Notes: generated by a model not told the origin, from the sequence alone. A DNA stretch of 64,000 nt from Sphaerodactylus townsendi (GCF_021028975.2 NC_059436.1:1612001-1676000); one strand, 5' to 3'. Shown: positions 11,101-22,453, numbered from the stretch's first letter. Made by a program: numbers and translations.

Positions 11101-14100
11101 CTCAGCCATTGAATATTAGCAACAAACTATCCCATGAATAAACAATAACCAAAACTAGACCAGTCATCAGTCACAATAAAAAAAAGACTGAAGGAGGTCT
11201 AGTCCTATCTTTTTCTGAATCTGCAGGTGTACCTTGGAATCCTTACAGCAAACAAAGCTGAAATATCATTTCTCTTCCTACAGTAAGTTTATCCCCACAC
11301 TTCAAGAGTCTCCTTTGTAATGCTTTTTCTTTTAATTAAGTTTGTGTATTTCTTGAACAACTTGTGCCCAACTCATATTGTTCCACAAGGAGCAACACAG
11401 GTAACTGAGAAGAGTGAACTAAGGGTCAGAGAGATCTGGGGAACATGGTACCTGGCGGGCACATCCTGCAGAGATGCCCTTTATGATCATAGAACTCATT
11501 CACCTCGCGGCTCAGTTTTGAGACCACAGGAGTGGAATTCTTCTGAGAGACACTCAACGCTTTGGTGTGGTACTGAAAAACAAAAAAAAGTGTGGGTGAA
11601 AAAATTAGTCAGGAAGCTTTTTTGTTCAAGCAGCAAATGTCTACTATACTCTGTTCCACAGAAAGATGTTAGTCCGGTCAGTTAAGGTGCAGTGATTGAG
11701 ACAATGGTATGCTTCTGCATTAGAATATAGTCCCGAACGAATATGAGAATTATCGTTCATTTTTACATTGTCAAAACCATTATTTTGTGCATTATTGAAC
11801 GTGGTGCTTTGATACAAGAGCATTTATGCCAAAATGTATTTTTACTTTCAAACTTTCAAATGGATGTGGTGGGGGGAAGAGAACGGCTAGGTAGGCACTA
11901 GGCCCAGGAGGAGAATTCTACAACAAAAAAGATCCAGCACACTGTGTTTTGTAGAAGATACAACCATCTTCTAATTGTTCCTGGGCTCTAGCCAGAACTA
12001 GTTCAGTACCCAAGTAACAGCTGTACAGGAAAGGTGGTTTGGGTTGGCAGTTTGTGTTAAGTTGGTCCTGGTTCTAGCTATCGTATTCCAGATGGAAAGA
12101 CTGGATTATGATTTAAATTAGAGAACAAGATTTCTAACAGAATTAGCCAGGTTGCGTTGTCTCCGTTGTTGATTTTAGAGAAAACACATACGAAGTCAAT
12201 GCTGCTAGCCTTTATTCTGCAGTGAAAATGTTTCTGGAAATTCTTCTGCTGGTGAAAAAGGGTCTTTGATCACCACAGAGGCTATGCTGAGAAACATGGC
12301 ACCTACATGTATGAAAGTCAAGAAGAATAAGGGTGAATGGGTGAGACTGAGCAAAAAGCTGACTGGATCTAACCAACCTATAATAATTATATTGTGGTTG
12401 GTCCTCATACATTTCTCTCCTTCCATGGACCATCATAGTTGACCTACAATTTTGCTGATATATGTAGATGTGCCTTGCTCAGTGATAATCCTCAGGACTG
12501 TCACTCTGTTTATTATCAGCTTTCCTCTTGTTTGAGAACAAGAAAGGAAAACATACTAACCCACTTGAATATGTTTTGAAAGTTAACATTTGTCATATGC
12601 AAATGATCTCCTTCTGCTCTACAATTACCTTCTACTTATCTCAATAGCTTGAGCTCTAAACAGCTACCCATCTTGTATGGAAAGCTTAGGGGAGAGGAAG
12701 TCTATTCAGTCTTCACCATCCATCTATGTGTCAAATTAGTTTGAGCATCAGGCTAGATTGTACCATTGCCTCAAAAGATAAGGTCCTTTTTTGAAATAAT
12801 GGAGCTTTTTCCTCTGAAAATGTTCTGTTTCATCCATTCTTGGAACAAGTGTCTTTCAGCGTAAGGGCATTGTTCAACTAAATACAGAACTGTATCACTG
12901 AGTTTCGTAAATGACTTCTCTGCTTATTGAAGCTCTTTTAAAATTTACTTTTATTTCATTTGCGCTATTTATAGTATACTTTCTCTCTGAGATGTAAGGT
13001 GGATTACACAATGTAAGTCATTACAGTCCACAGGATGGAATATTTTAAAAAATGATTAGGACTGCAGAAATATGAAACCAAACAGAAATCTGAGTTAACG
13101 CTGAAACAAAGCAGAAGTGTTAACATGCCATGTTAAAGATGCAGAATGTACACAGTAGGATCATACAGCAACAGACAGCAGGTACTACACGCAGTAGAAT
13201 AATCCAAGTCAAAGCAAGTGAAAGGGAAAGTTCTCAGATATCCTGTGAATTGTTAACAGTTTATGATGACTCTATAGAAAAAAAGTATTCTGATGCAATT
13301 GCAGCCAATAAAGCTGGGGGGGGGGGGTGCAGTCTAAACCATCTCATCTGCTTTTGATGTAGAAATGGCTTTCAGCAATTCTTATCTGAGTTTAGGGGGG
13401 AAAGGGGGCTCTTGCAAGCCCAACCCACAAAAAGACTCCAGAGGAGCTCGCCTGACAATGAGAAATGTTCAGCTCAGTGTTCAAAGCTTGGAACTCAACA
13501 ACGGGGAATTCCCCCTGTTTTGAATGGAATTCCCCGACCTTCCTTACTGATTTAATGGAAGTCAGCCCTGGACACAGAAGATTTTGGTATGTTTGTGAGC
13601 CCCTAACTGGCTCTGTTGGGGGAAATTCTGGGAGATGAAGCCATATTTACTCTACTGTAGGAATGATTTATCATCAGGAGAGATGCAAGAAGTGCTCTGA
13701 GAAGGTCAGGGGCATTTGACTCTCAGGAAATGAATGTGTTTAATGAATTCCCAGTAAATTAACATGGATTTCAGAGATTAAGTCTTCTAACCACAAAGGT
13801 TAGAGCAGTACTGGATTGTGGTTTCCCATCCTACAAACCTGTTACTGCTGATGAGAGTAAGATCTGACAGATGCAGATGCCACACCTGTTCACAGATGTG
13901 AAAACTGGCATGGACACAGAGATGGGCATGGATAAATTATTAGGGACTGTGGTTTTTATTACTGTGTTAAACTTGCTGAATCCAGGATCCTAATTTGTCA
14001 TTTCTGCATCATTTATTGTTCGCTTTAGTTCTGTTTTTAGATTTCTGATTGGTTTTACAACCCTAATTCTATTAAATTGTTTACTGAATGTCCCATCCTG

Positions 14101-17100
14101 TTGATTATATTGACTCACTAAGTAATCTGCCTTGAATCCAAGTGAGGAAGATGGCCAATAACATATTGGTTCCTAGGAGGAGAGTAGATGGTGAAGAAAG
14201 GTAGAGTCCCTGTAATGGCAGATTTTCCTGATGAAACCAGAAGCTATTGAAACAATCAAAATAATTTGCATTGTTGCATAAATTGTCAATAGGCCGGGTG
14301 AATTCCCCGAAAACTAACATGGATTTCGGGGATTAAGTCTTCTAATTACTTTCAAATTACTCAAAAAGCCTCTTTTACAGCTATTAGATAATTTGGCTGG
14401 GTTCCTCAACTGAATGAAGCTGAGTCAAAAATATGGGGACAGATTTCCTGTGCAAACTCAGGCTCAGAGCAAAGTGTTTTGTGTGTGGGTGTGGAATTCT
14501 CATGGAATATATTTATCTGATGTTTTGTCATCATTTTGCTTTAATTATTTCAAGGAAACTTAATAGAGAAGCCTTCTGGATATGAATTTTGATGAATTAT
14601 AATTGCATTTTGACCTTGGGATTTCTACCATTATTATTCTCAAAAGCCTTCCGTTATAAGCAAGTCTACACCTGAGGAGGCGGGGGGAGAAGAAGCAGTA
14701 AATATAATGCAATTTATGACTCTGATGGGAAATGCATTCAGATGGTATTGGACCACTACTGAACATATGGGAAAATTTGCTCTCTTCAAGTGCTTACATA
14801 CTAACCATCCTTTTGAAATGTAATGCTGTTCTGCCTGTATATGCAGGCTTAAGAAGCAAGAAGGATGCTGTAGAAAAGTCTAGAAAACCTGAGCAAATAT
14901 TGTGTGGGAGAAACTGGTTCTAGTGTAGCAATGACTTCTACCTATACTAGACTGCAAGTCATAGATCGTAAGGCAAACTCATAGATCGTAAGGCAAGACC
15001 CAACTGCACAGGATAAAGGGTGCCCATGATCTTTTGTGTGACCAAATGATGTCTACAAGACCCCAAAACAGAAGCCACACACCATTTAATAGGACCACAC
15101 CATGATTTGGACCATCATAGCTACTTGCAACCCTTTTTGTGAGAATATAGAAGAGTGTCTTTGGTTTTTGGTCTTTGAAATCAGGGGCAATGGTGTAAAT
15201 TAGGGATGAACAACAGTTAGCCAAAAAATTACCCTCACAGCCACAACTAATAAAAATAGCAATAGCCATTATTACTCTTAGCAGTCCACCCCTAGACAAC
15301 ATATGGGTGGAGAGGAAGAGGCAGAAAAGTAGTACTAGTAGTAGTATGTGTTCCTCACCCCCCCCCCCTCTCTCACTCCCCCCGCCCAATAACTTTTGGC
15401 CAAACAGAGGTTTTCTGGAAACATGAAGAAGACCTGGAATATGCTTTGTGTCCAGAGCAATAAGATATTGCTAATCTGGTATAGAAGTTAGAGTGTGGAA
15501 CCTAGATTCAAACCCTCATTTTCTTATGGAAACACAGTGTCTAACCTATCTCACAAGGATATTTTTGCGAGAATAAAGTGGAGAAGGAGAGAACAATGTT
15601 GCAAGCAGCTTTGAGTCCCCATCGAGGAGGAAAGTTAAGACCAACAATTTAAAATGCCAGCATCTTACTGAATCTTAGCACCAGTTATGATTCACCAAGA
15701 CAAATGTAGACACATGTTACTCCAACTGAGCACCTCTTACACTAGACAATGCACTGTACATAGGCACAACAGCCAGTTTAATGCTAGAAGGGGTAACAAG
15801 GAATGTACCGCTGCCAAAGACTTGGCCCGTTTCCCTCCTCACTATCAAAGAAGCGCAGCTGCAGATCAGCAGCTTATTTGCTTAGTTTCCTCCCCGCACC
15901 TCCCTCCACTGGGATGAAGACCAAGAATGTTTCCAGAATGAATCATGCAGGGAGGGGGAGAGGCACAAAGTGCTTATCCAGCATGCACCTGATTTCTCTT
16001 TCTAGTTGCAGCTACTCTGTTGAAAAGAAGCACATTGGGTCCCACAGTCCTAGTTCTCGACAAGCAGAAGGTGTTTGGATGGCTGGGGGTGGGGCAGACT
16101 TCATCAGCTTGCCCAGCAACAGTACCCTGAAGCCTGGATGACTTCACTCCTACAAGGCTTCCTGTACATTAATGAGCTCTGTTGGCCATACCATTTCCTC
16201 TCCTCTTCAGATCTCTGCCAGGTTCTGTTGCTCAAAAGACAGAGAGAGGCAAGGGTCACTCCAAAACAGAAGCACAGCCGAGTCATGGCATGGAAAACTT
16301 CACCACAAGGTTTGCTGCATCATTCAGATGCATAAGAACATGGGAAAAATCATACTGGGTCACCCCAAAGGTCTCTCTAGTTCAGCATTCTGTTCAACCA
16401 GCTACCTCTAAAAAGCCTACAAAAGCGTGGCCACCCTGCTTAAGAAGCCTACAAACAGGAATAATATTGTTTACCCAGGTGCAAATTGTTTTCAGCCATA
16501 AAGAAAGAGAATTTGTATTCCACCTTTCTCTCCTGTAAGGAGACTCAAGGTAGCTTTCAAGCTCCTGTCTCTTCCTCTCCCCACAACAGACACTTTGAGG
16601 TAGGTGGGGCTGAGAGAATTCAGAGAGAACTGTGACTAGCTCAAGGTCACCCAGCAGGAACGTAGGAGTGCGGAAACACATCTGGTTCACCAGATAAGCC
16701 TCTGCCACGCAGGTGGAGGAGTGAGGAATCAAACCCAGTTCTCCAGATTAGAATCCACCTGCTCTTAACCAATACACCATGGTGGCTCCCTGAGTTACCT
16801 CTGAAAATTTCACAACAGACCTATGCCGTGAGTCATCAAAAGTTGAGAAATTCCAACTAAGCAAAATTGGCATAATGAAGACTCTAACAAAGGTGACTCC
16901 AGGGTACAGATCCTTAGGATAAGTGTGCAGAATTCAAAATGGATATCTATCTTTCTTCAGCTGTACTGGTTCTGACGGGGTGGGGGTGGTGTTTTCCCAA
17001 CCCACGGGGGAAAAGGGCTCAAGTCAACAAGTGAGTGCACACACATTTTGCTGCTGTAGAATAAGAGCCTCTTTTTCATGACTCAGGAAGAGCCATATAT

Positions 17101-20100
17101 AAAAAAGAACACTGATCTGGGTGAAATGGCTTCATTGAACAACTAACCAACATTTTATTATCACCCAAGAACACCTCTGCTTTTCAAAGAAGGCTAGTCA
17201 CACATTTGACTGAGAAAGACAATGGATCGGTAAAAGAGGTGCATGCAAGAACTGGTCCTGCCCTCATTACTGTAGGAAGCTGATCAGGAGATAAGTTTGC
17301 CTGGGAGGGAGGGAGGGGCAGTTAAAGCCACAAGTGATGAGCTCAACAAAATGATAATGTAAACAAGAGAGGGTAGCGATCACAATGATGTCATTCTTCC
17401 AGGCACAAAAAAAGCACCAGATCTTAAAATAGCAGCCCTTCCCTCAATTGCACAGGATGATGCAACCTCCCCTCCCCTCACAGACCCCCTGCCTCTTTTG
17501 GAGGATGAGGCATTGCATCATCCCTTCGGGAACCATTTGTGTCAAACTCTAACAAACTGTTGTGCTGGATCATTGTGAGTTTGGCACTCAAGACCCCTTA
17601 ATTTGGCACTCAAAACCCCCTAATGAACAAGATACGAGAAATTAAAAGCAGTTTTACTTGGCTACATTAGTAAAGTAAAAATTCCCTGCTACTTTTCAGG
17701 AACATGAGTAACGCCTGTCTGCATGGCACCTGCAGGTTTTGAATGACAAAGTGACAGTTGTGGAAGAAGCATTCAAAAGAAAGAGTAAGCAATCTTCCGG
17801 TTACATCTGGGTTTACAAAAAGCCATTATAGTAACGTCCAAGATTCAGCAACATCTTTCAGAAGACTAGCCACATCAGTGTGTTGCAAACAAGATACCAA
17901 AAAAGTGTTGTGGCACCCTGAAGACCAGCAAATATTTTTCAGCAGAAGTTTTGTGAACTGGAGTCTACTTCAACGCATGCCTGAAGTTATAGAATAAATG
18001 CACAGGTCCAAACTGGGGTTGCCAGCTCCAGGTTGGAAAATTCCCGGAGATTTGGGGGGTTGAGCCCAAGAAGGGTGGGGTTTGAGGAGGGGAGGAACCT
18101 TGGTGGGGCTTTATGTCATAGACTCGATTTTCCAAGCAGCCATTTTCTCCAGGGGAGACTGATCTCTATTGCCTGGAGATCAGTTGTAATAGCACATTTT
18201 CAACTACCACCAGGAGGCTGGCAACCCAAATACAAGCAGAAGAGAGGGGGGAGAGGAACATGCAAGTACAGGAAGATAAAAAGGTCCAATAGTTTGGGAG
18301 ATAGATAGTACCCGACAAACAAGAAAATAAATTCCTGCCAAAGACCGCACCCTCTGATGACTTCACTATTGTGAGGTCAAAAACTGTGCTTAAGGATCAA
18401 AGTATCTCAAAACAAGTTACGTCATCCAAGCAACCTTAGGTAAGACTGCCCCCAGCACTTGTAATATTATCGCTGTGGCTTCCTGAACTGTGTTTTGCCT
18501 CACGTGCTATATGTAGCATTAAACAGAACTTAAGCACGCCAGGGGTGTTCTTAAAGCCACACAGTTGTTAACAGCAAGGGGAGACTGTATAGCTGGAGGC
18601 TACTCTGGTTTCAGCCTGGTGATTATCGGTTCCAATGCAATCGTCACAATACAATAGCCATGCAAATGGCGTTTCTCCAGTGGTACTGCAGAAGAATGAA
18701 GGTGCAAGCTTCTAACTGAAACCCATAAGGTTAACCACCTCTACTGAAACCAAATGCTAGCCAGCTTCTTCACTTTAAACAGCAAAGCAAGCTCCATTAA
18801 GCAAGATGTGAACAACTCTTAGCTACTATAGAGATGCCTTCATCATCACACCTGATGGGTGTGATAGTTTATTCCACACCCCAAGAAAGGAAGAGTTGAC
18901 AAGATGTTCTAAGTAAACTTGAGACTGACTTTAAAAACAAACAAACAAATCTGGCAATAGTTTTTCTTTGGTACTCGTAACAAGACCTGACCTGGATAAT
19001 CCGGGATAGTCAGATCTTAAAAGCTAAGCAGGGTTGGCCCTAGCTAGTACTTGGATGGGAAGACCACCAAGGAAGTTCACAGTTGCTAGGCAAAGACAGG
19101 CAATGGCAAACTACTTCCATTTGTCTCCTACTTTGAAACCCCTACAAGATCACTGTGGCCCATTATGTGTGGAGCACTTTCCTCAGGACTCTCTGCTGCA
19201 CAGTGGGGTTGTAGTGGGGTCTCCTAATGTTTTTCTTTTTGTACATGAGGAGGTATCCCATTGCCTGCTGAACAATCCTGCTGTTCCTGCTTCTTTTAAC
19301 TCATTCCATCAGTTCACTCTTAAAGGCACACATCTCATCACACCCGGTAGTTGCAAGATTGCTGGCTTTATTAAAACCCTTTGGTGTTATATCAAAATTG
19401 CTGCTATTGTAGCCCTTTTCCAAAAATAATTCCCTGCCCCCAATGAAAGGGCAAGGCTATTCCCTGGATCACACCCTGCTGAAGAAGGGGACCATGTCCT
19501 GACCTAGAACTAATATTCTCTTCCCTCACTACACACACACACACACACTTCCTGCCATGGAAGGGGAGAGAGACTTCTCATATCAATATTTCTTGGTATT
19601 TCAATATTCATGTATTAGATATGTCATTATTTTGATAGATCTAATAAGGTACAAAAGCTTGAAGTTGAAATAAAGCTTTAAAAAGCCCTCCCCTTATTGT
19701 TGAAAAATAAAAGAGATAAACAAAAGAAAAGAAAAGAGACTAATGAGGAGAAAAGGGGAGGCTGTTTTGAAGAGTTCAACTGCTCACCCACACTGCTGAT
19801 TCTGGATGTTTTCAGAACTAGGGGGTCTAAAATCCAGGCCCTTCCAGTTCACCTGTCTAATTTAAGGTCCCCAATATCTGGGGAAGAGAAAGCTAAGAAA
19901 AATTTGCTGTACAGCCGGCAAAATTGCCCCTGTTAGCAATGTGTTGTCTGGGGGCACTCGGAGGTTCAACCAGAGTGAAATGCCATTCCACTGGAAGTCC
20001 TTAAAAAGCCCGCTCGATTATTGGGGAGGGCAGGGTAGAGTGAAAAAGCAAAGAATAAGGCAGGGCCATTTGTTTCATCTTCCCTGTGAAGCAGGGAAAG

Positions 20101-22453
20101 GGGTCACCTTTTTATGAGAGATTATGAGATCTGATGTGCAGCGAGTGTGAGGGTGTGTGTGTGTCCATAACGGAATCTTTGCCCTGAAAAGAATCTCCCT
20201 TCCACATGGGGCAGAGCACCACTGTATAATCAGCCTCAAAGTAAGCTGCAACTTGAAGGCAAACAAAGAAATGGTAACTCAACACAGCTCATCTACAGGA
20301 GGGCCCATGGAGTACCATGCTTGCTTTTAAACATGCAAGCTCAGAGGAACCAGATTCTGGGGGTTTCAAGCCTCTGCCCCCCACCCCCAGTTTTTGGATT
20401 CCTGCAAGTCTGATCATTGCAGAAAAAAAGAAGAGAGTTGTGAGCCCCATCATAGACTCCCGGGCATCTTATCTAGTTGGGCTCTCAGAGGACCTTCTTT
20501 GCATGCTGACAGTCAAGGCTCAATCTTATCTGACAATTGCAAAGGTTTTTTTCCCCCTGTGAGTCTGTTGTTTCAAAATAAAACAAAAATCTAGTAGCAC
20601 CTTAATAATACACCGCTACATGTTTCTAATCTTTCAAGTGCCACTGGAGGTTTGTTTTGGTTTCACTCTTATCACCGGATAAATAATCTCAGCCGCTGGG
20701 ATCCTCTCTCGTTGCCGGAAGTCCTGAAGGACTCACTCCGGCGCCACAGAATAAGACAGGAGTTTTTTATTCCAGGCCACCTTAAAGATGAACAAAACTT
20801 CTTCCAGCTGAAACTAAAACAAATCTGTCATGGGTAGAGAATACAGAGCTAGATGGACTAGCACAACTTCTGGTGTTCAAAAACACTGGCTCCTTTGCTA
20901 CTTTCAACAATAGCTCCACTCCGGATTCCCGCTGAACTGAAATTCGCAAACCAGGATAAAAACTCCCCTCCCATTCATCAAATTACACCGACTCTCAAGA
21001 GCACCCGTGAGGCGGCCGACTCCTTCATGGTGCCTTTAAGGAACGGGAAATCACGCCGAGGAAATAAGGGCTCTCTGTCTGTTCCTTTCGGACTATTCAG
21101 CCAATTCCAGCCAGCCAACAACCAATATGGAAACCGTGCAAAATATATAGTTCCCGCCCAGTAAAGATCACGTCTAAGCTAGCACCGATTCCCCTTAATC
21201 CTTTGGATGCCATCATAAAGCTGAAGGTGGGTGAGCCGCCCGGGACCTTCCCCCTGGCAATCCAACTTCTGCGACGGAGCCCGAGCCAAAGCGTGGGATG
21301 GCTCCAAGGAAGAGGCTGCCATCCCGGAATAAGCAGCACCAGACCCAGAACCACCGCGCCGGTGCTGAAACAAACGGAAAGGGAAGAGCGTGCGAGAAAA
21401 TGCAGCAGTTCAAATCTGACCCGCGACGGCTGCCACGCGCGGCACAGAAGCTGCCAGAAGCGGAGCAACTCCCCCGGGCAGAAGGCCAACTCCTCCGCAA
21501 ATGCACGTGGCTGCGCGAGCCCGACGGAAGGGGCAGGAGATGGGGGCGGCTCAGAAGGTGTCACTTAGTCCAAGGGGAGAGGGAGCTCCGCTATCTCTCG
21601 CGCTCCCCCCCACCCCCCAGTCCTTCCCCTCTGCCCGCTCCACTAGGTTTCTCCACGGGTCTTCTGACTGTGGTGGGCTTTATGAATGCGTCACGTGGGA
21701 ATGCAATGATCCGGGTCGAGATTCGCGGGACTGGGGGGACGGGACACGAGCAGTCCCAGAGACAACTCGGCCAATGGAAGTGTCACGTTTGTCTTAAGGA
21801 GCAACTGGTTGGTCGCCGGCGAAAACACCGCTCCCCTTCCCACCGAGCGTCCTCCGCAGCCCGCATCCAGCAGGCGGCCTGTACATGCCCGGGCATGCCC
21901 CCAGCCCAGAGGAGCTGCAGCCAGGCTTCCCGGCAGTGCGACCCCCGGCCCCAATTCTCTGCCCCAGCGGGGGAAGGGCTGGCTCCAAACCCACCGCCCG
22001 CACACCCAGGCCGGGACCCCAGTGCTATTCTCGCCTCCCCGCCCCCCGCAACACCGCTTCCAAGCCGTGGCTCCGGGCTCCCCCGGCGTGCGAGGGAGGA
22101 GGGGGCCCGCCGCGGAGACACATCCTCCAACTTTGCAGGGAACTTTTTAAAGCGGGACGGGGAGAGAAAAGCGACTGAGAGAGACAGCCCCTTCCCAAAG
22201 GTTGGAGCCGGGACGCCCCCAGCGAGGGTGGCTGCCCAGAGCCTTCCTCCGCCGCACCCCTGTCTGGGTGGCCTCCCTTCCAAAGCCCGACCCTCGCCCC
22301 TCACATCTGCCCAGATGCGGCCACCTTCGCGAAAACGCAACAGGCAGCAGAGGAAGCGTCGGTCCGAAAGCGGCCGCGAGAGCTTCGACTCACCAGCAGA
22401 CAGAAAGGCAGCGAAAGGGCCAGAAGCGCCCCGGCAGGCAGGGCCGTCCGCAT
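1830..22453 (-). CDS. TNFRSF10B: TNF receptor superfamily member 10-like death receptor (TRAIL-R/DR4/DR5-like), whole gene, 10 coding exons, 398 aa
   Basis: Hand-spliced exons 22394-22453, 11452-11572, 9639-9770, 8665-8782, 7678-7781, 7295-7414, 5657-5697, 4652-4783, 4292-4361, 1830-2128 total 1197 nt, all GT-AG and in phase. Product has signal peptide, CRDs, TM and a death domain preceded by LVPANG, as in DR4/DR5. Adjacent to CHMP7 as in human. The A versus B label is not resolvable; probably a co-orthologue of the mammalian cluster. Confidence 0.9.
2667..2802. mobile_element. hAT-type MITE
   Basis: TIRs CAGTGGTGGGATTC / GAATCCCACCGCTG; 8-bp TSD GAACTAAC at 2659-2666 and 2803-2810. Confidence 0.85.
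3470..3775. mobile_element. Palindromic non-autonomous DNA transposon remnant
   Basis: Inverted repeats at 3543-3566/3612-3638 plus a second hairpin near 3702-3763; locally CpG-rich. Confidence 0.55.
4292..4361 (-). CDS. TNFRSF10B: TNFRSF10-like exon 9 (ECSVLIEEEKGKLVPANGKDAEE)
   Basis: ttgtag acceptor, G|gtgagt donor, 70 nt, LVPAN motif. Confidence 0.9.
4652..4783 (-). CDS. TNFRSF10B: TNFRSF10-like exon 8 (TKLTRGQPESGDNEWN...IPLREK)
   Basis: ctgcag acceptor, AAG|gtaact donor, 132 nt; DNxxN resembles the EDNxxN motif of TRAIL receptors. Confidence 0.85.
4999..5066. repeat. (CCCCCA)n followed by (CCT)n simple repeat
   Basis: Seen directly in the sequence. Confidence 0.9.
5657..5697 (-). CDS. 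TNFRSF10B: TNFRSF10-like exon 7 (HTTGTKANSIRSK)
   Basis: ttttgcag acceptor, AAG|gtgagt donor; 41 nt converts phase 1 to phase 0 as required. Confidence 0.8.
5940..6255 (+). mobile_element. tRNA-derived CORE/MIR-related SINE (Squam3-like), nested in an older opposite-strand copy (about 5855-5938 plus 6256-6413)
   Basis: A-box TGGCGTAGTG, B-box-like GGTTTGATTCC, GGTGACCTTGG.CTAGTCAC core, (TCT)n tail. Confidence 0.8.
7295..7414 (-). CDS. TNFRSF10B: TNFRSF10-like exon 6, transmembrane (IVPLWILLGIILLIILGCVMYKYRK...)
   Basis: Hydrophobic helix of about 21 aa followed by KYRK; G|gtaaaa donor. An alternative in-frame acceptor would extend the exon to 7423. Confidence 0.85.
7297..7336. repeat. 8-bp tandem repeat CTGGAGNN x5 within the TM exon
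   Basis: CTGGAGCA CTGGAGAA CTGGAGCA CTGGAGCG CTGGAGAG. Confidence 0.9.
7678..7781 (-). CDS. TNFRSF10B: TNFRSF10-like exon 5 (CPDGEEMVQPCTPQSDIQCVPITTSSPTVPSGKS)
   Basis: tctcctag acceptor, G|gtaggt donor; CTPxSDIxC motif typical of TRAIL receptors; S/T-rich stalk. Confidence 0.9.
7915..8049. other. Assembly gap (N run) in TNFRSF10-like intron 4
   Basis: Run of N; the flanking exons join in phase. Confidence 0.99.
8665..8782 (-). CDS. TNFRSF10B: TNFRSF10-like exon 4 (QVTLKLCSRTSNAECACKEGAFFCSPSQPCETCHTCKP)
   Basis: tgtttccag acceptor, AG|gtcagt donor, 118 nt, CxCxxG and CxxC CRD pattern. Confidence 0.92.
9639..9770 (-). CDS. TNFRSF10B: TNFRSF10-like exon 3 (GNSVLQHCETSGSNSTCKPCSNDSFSTHWNSFHECVPCKVCRPL)
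   Basis: cttgcag acceptor, gtattt donor, 132 nt, TNFR CRD cysteine spacing. Confidence 0.93.
   Translation of the reverse strand, partial: VILSYNTVRPLAVTRLASPVPTIHSLHTGILSMSVFPAKSADL
10866..10998. mobile_element. Palindromic hAT-type MITE
   Basis: CAGTGGTGGCAAACC...GTTTGCCACCACGG with internal ACTACAATTCCCATCAG palindrome; same family as 31758-31903. Confidence 0.8.
11452..11572 (-). CDS. TNFRSF10B: TNFRSF10-like exon 2 (YHTKALSVSQKNST...YDHKGHLCRMCPP, partial CRD1)
   Basis: tttttcag acceptor, G|gtacca donor, 121 nt, CxxCPPG motif. Confidence 0.88.
12945..13270 (-). mobile_element. LINE 3-prime fragment (L2-like); related copies at about 13950-14165 (+) and 23995-24270 (-)
   Basis: The three segments are mutually similar by eye; family assignment is tentative. 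Confidence 0.45.
16500..16787 (-). mobile_element. tRNA-derived CORE/MIR-related SINE
   Basis: Reverse complement of the 5940 SINE family, including the extended head. Confidence 0.8.
18014..18229. mobile_element. MITE with GGGTTGCCA termini (hAT-Blackjack-like)
   Basis: GGGTTGCCAG...CTGGCAACCC; related copies at 34153-34329, about 28731-28810 and about 59268-59400. Confidence 0.7.
18985..19152 (+). mobile_element. 5S rRNA-derived SINE
   Basis: AAGCTAAGCAGGGT...AGTACTTGGATGGGA (5S A and C boxes) followed by a GGCAATGGCAAAC RTE-type tail. Confidence 0.75.
21881..21900. promoter_or_regulatory. p53 response element, two half-sites with no spacer
   Basis: GTACATGCCC-GGGCATGCCC, 19/20 match to RRRCWWGYYY x2, with both CATG cores. 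Confidence 0.8.
22394..22453 (-). CDS. TNFRSF10B: TNFRSF10-like exon 1 (signal peptide MRTALPAGALLALSLPFCLL)
   Basis: ATG with A at -3 inside a CpG island; hydrophobic leader; CTG|gtgagt donor, phase 0, matches exon 2. Confidence 0.85.

Noticed and set aside
14959-14996. 18-bp direct repeat with period 20
   Set aside because: Simple two-copy slippage duplication with no functional signature.
19005-19075. 5S rRNA gene
   Set aside because: Partial, diverged and followed by a retroposon tail; a SINE.
21771-21790. ERSE element (CCAAT-N9-CCACG)
   Set aside because: Spacing and second half-site do not match.
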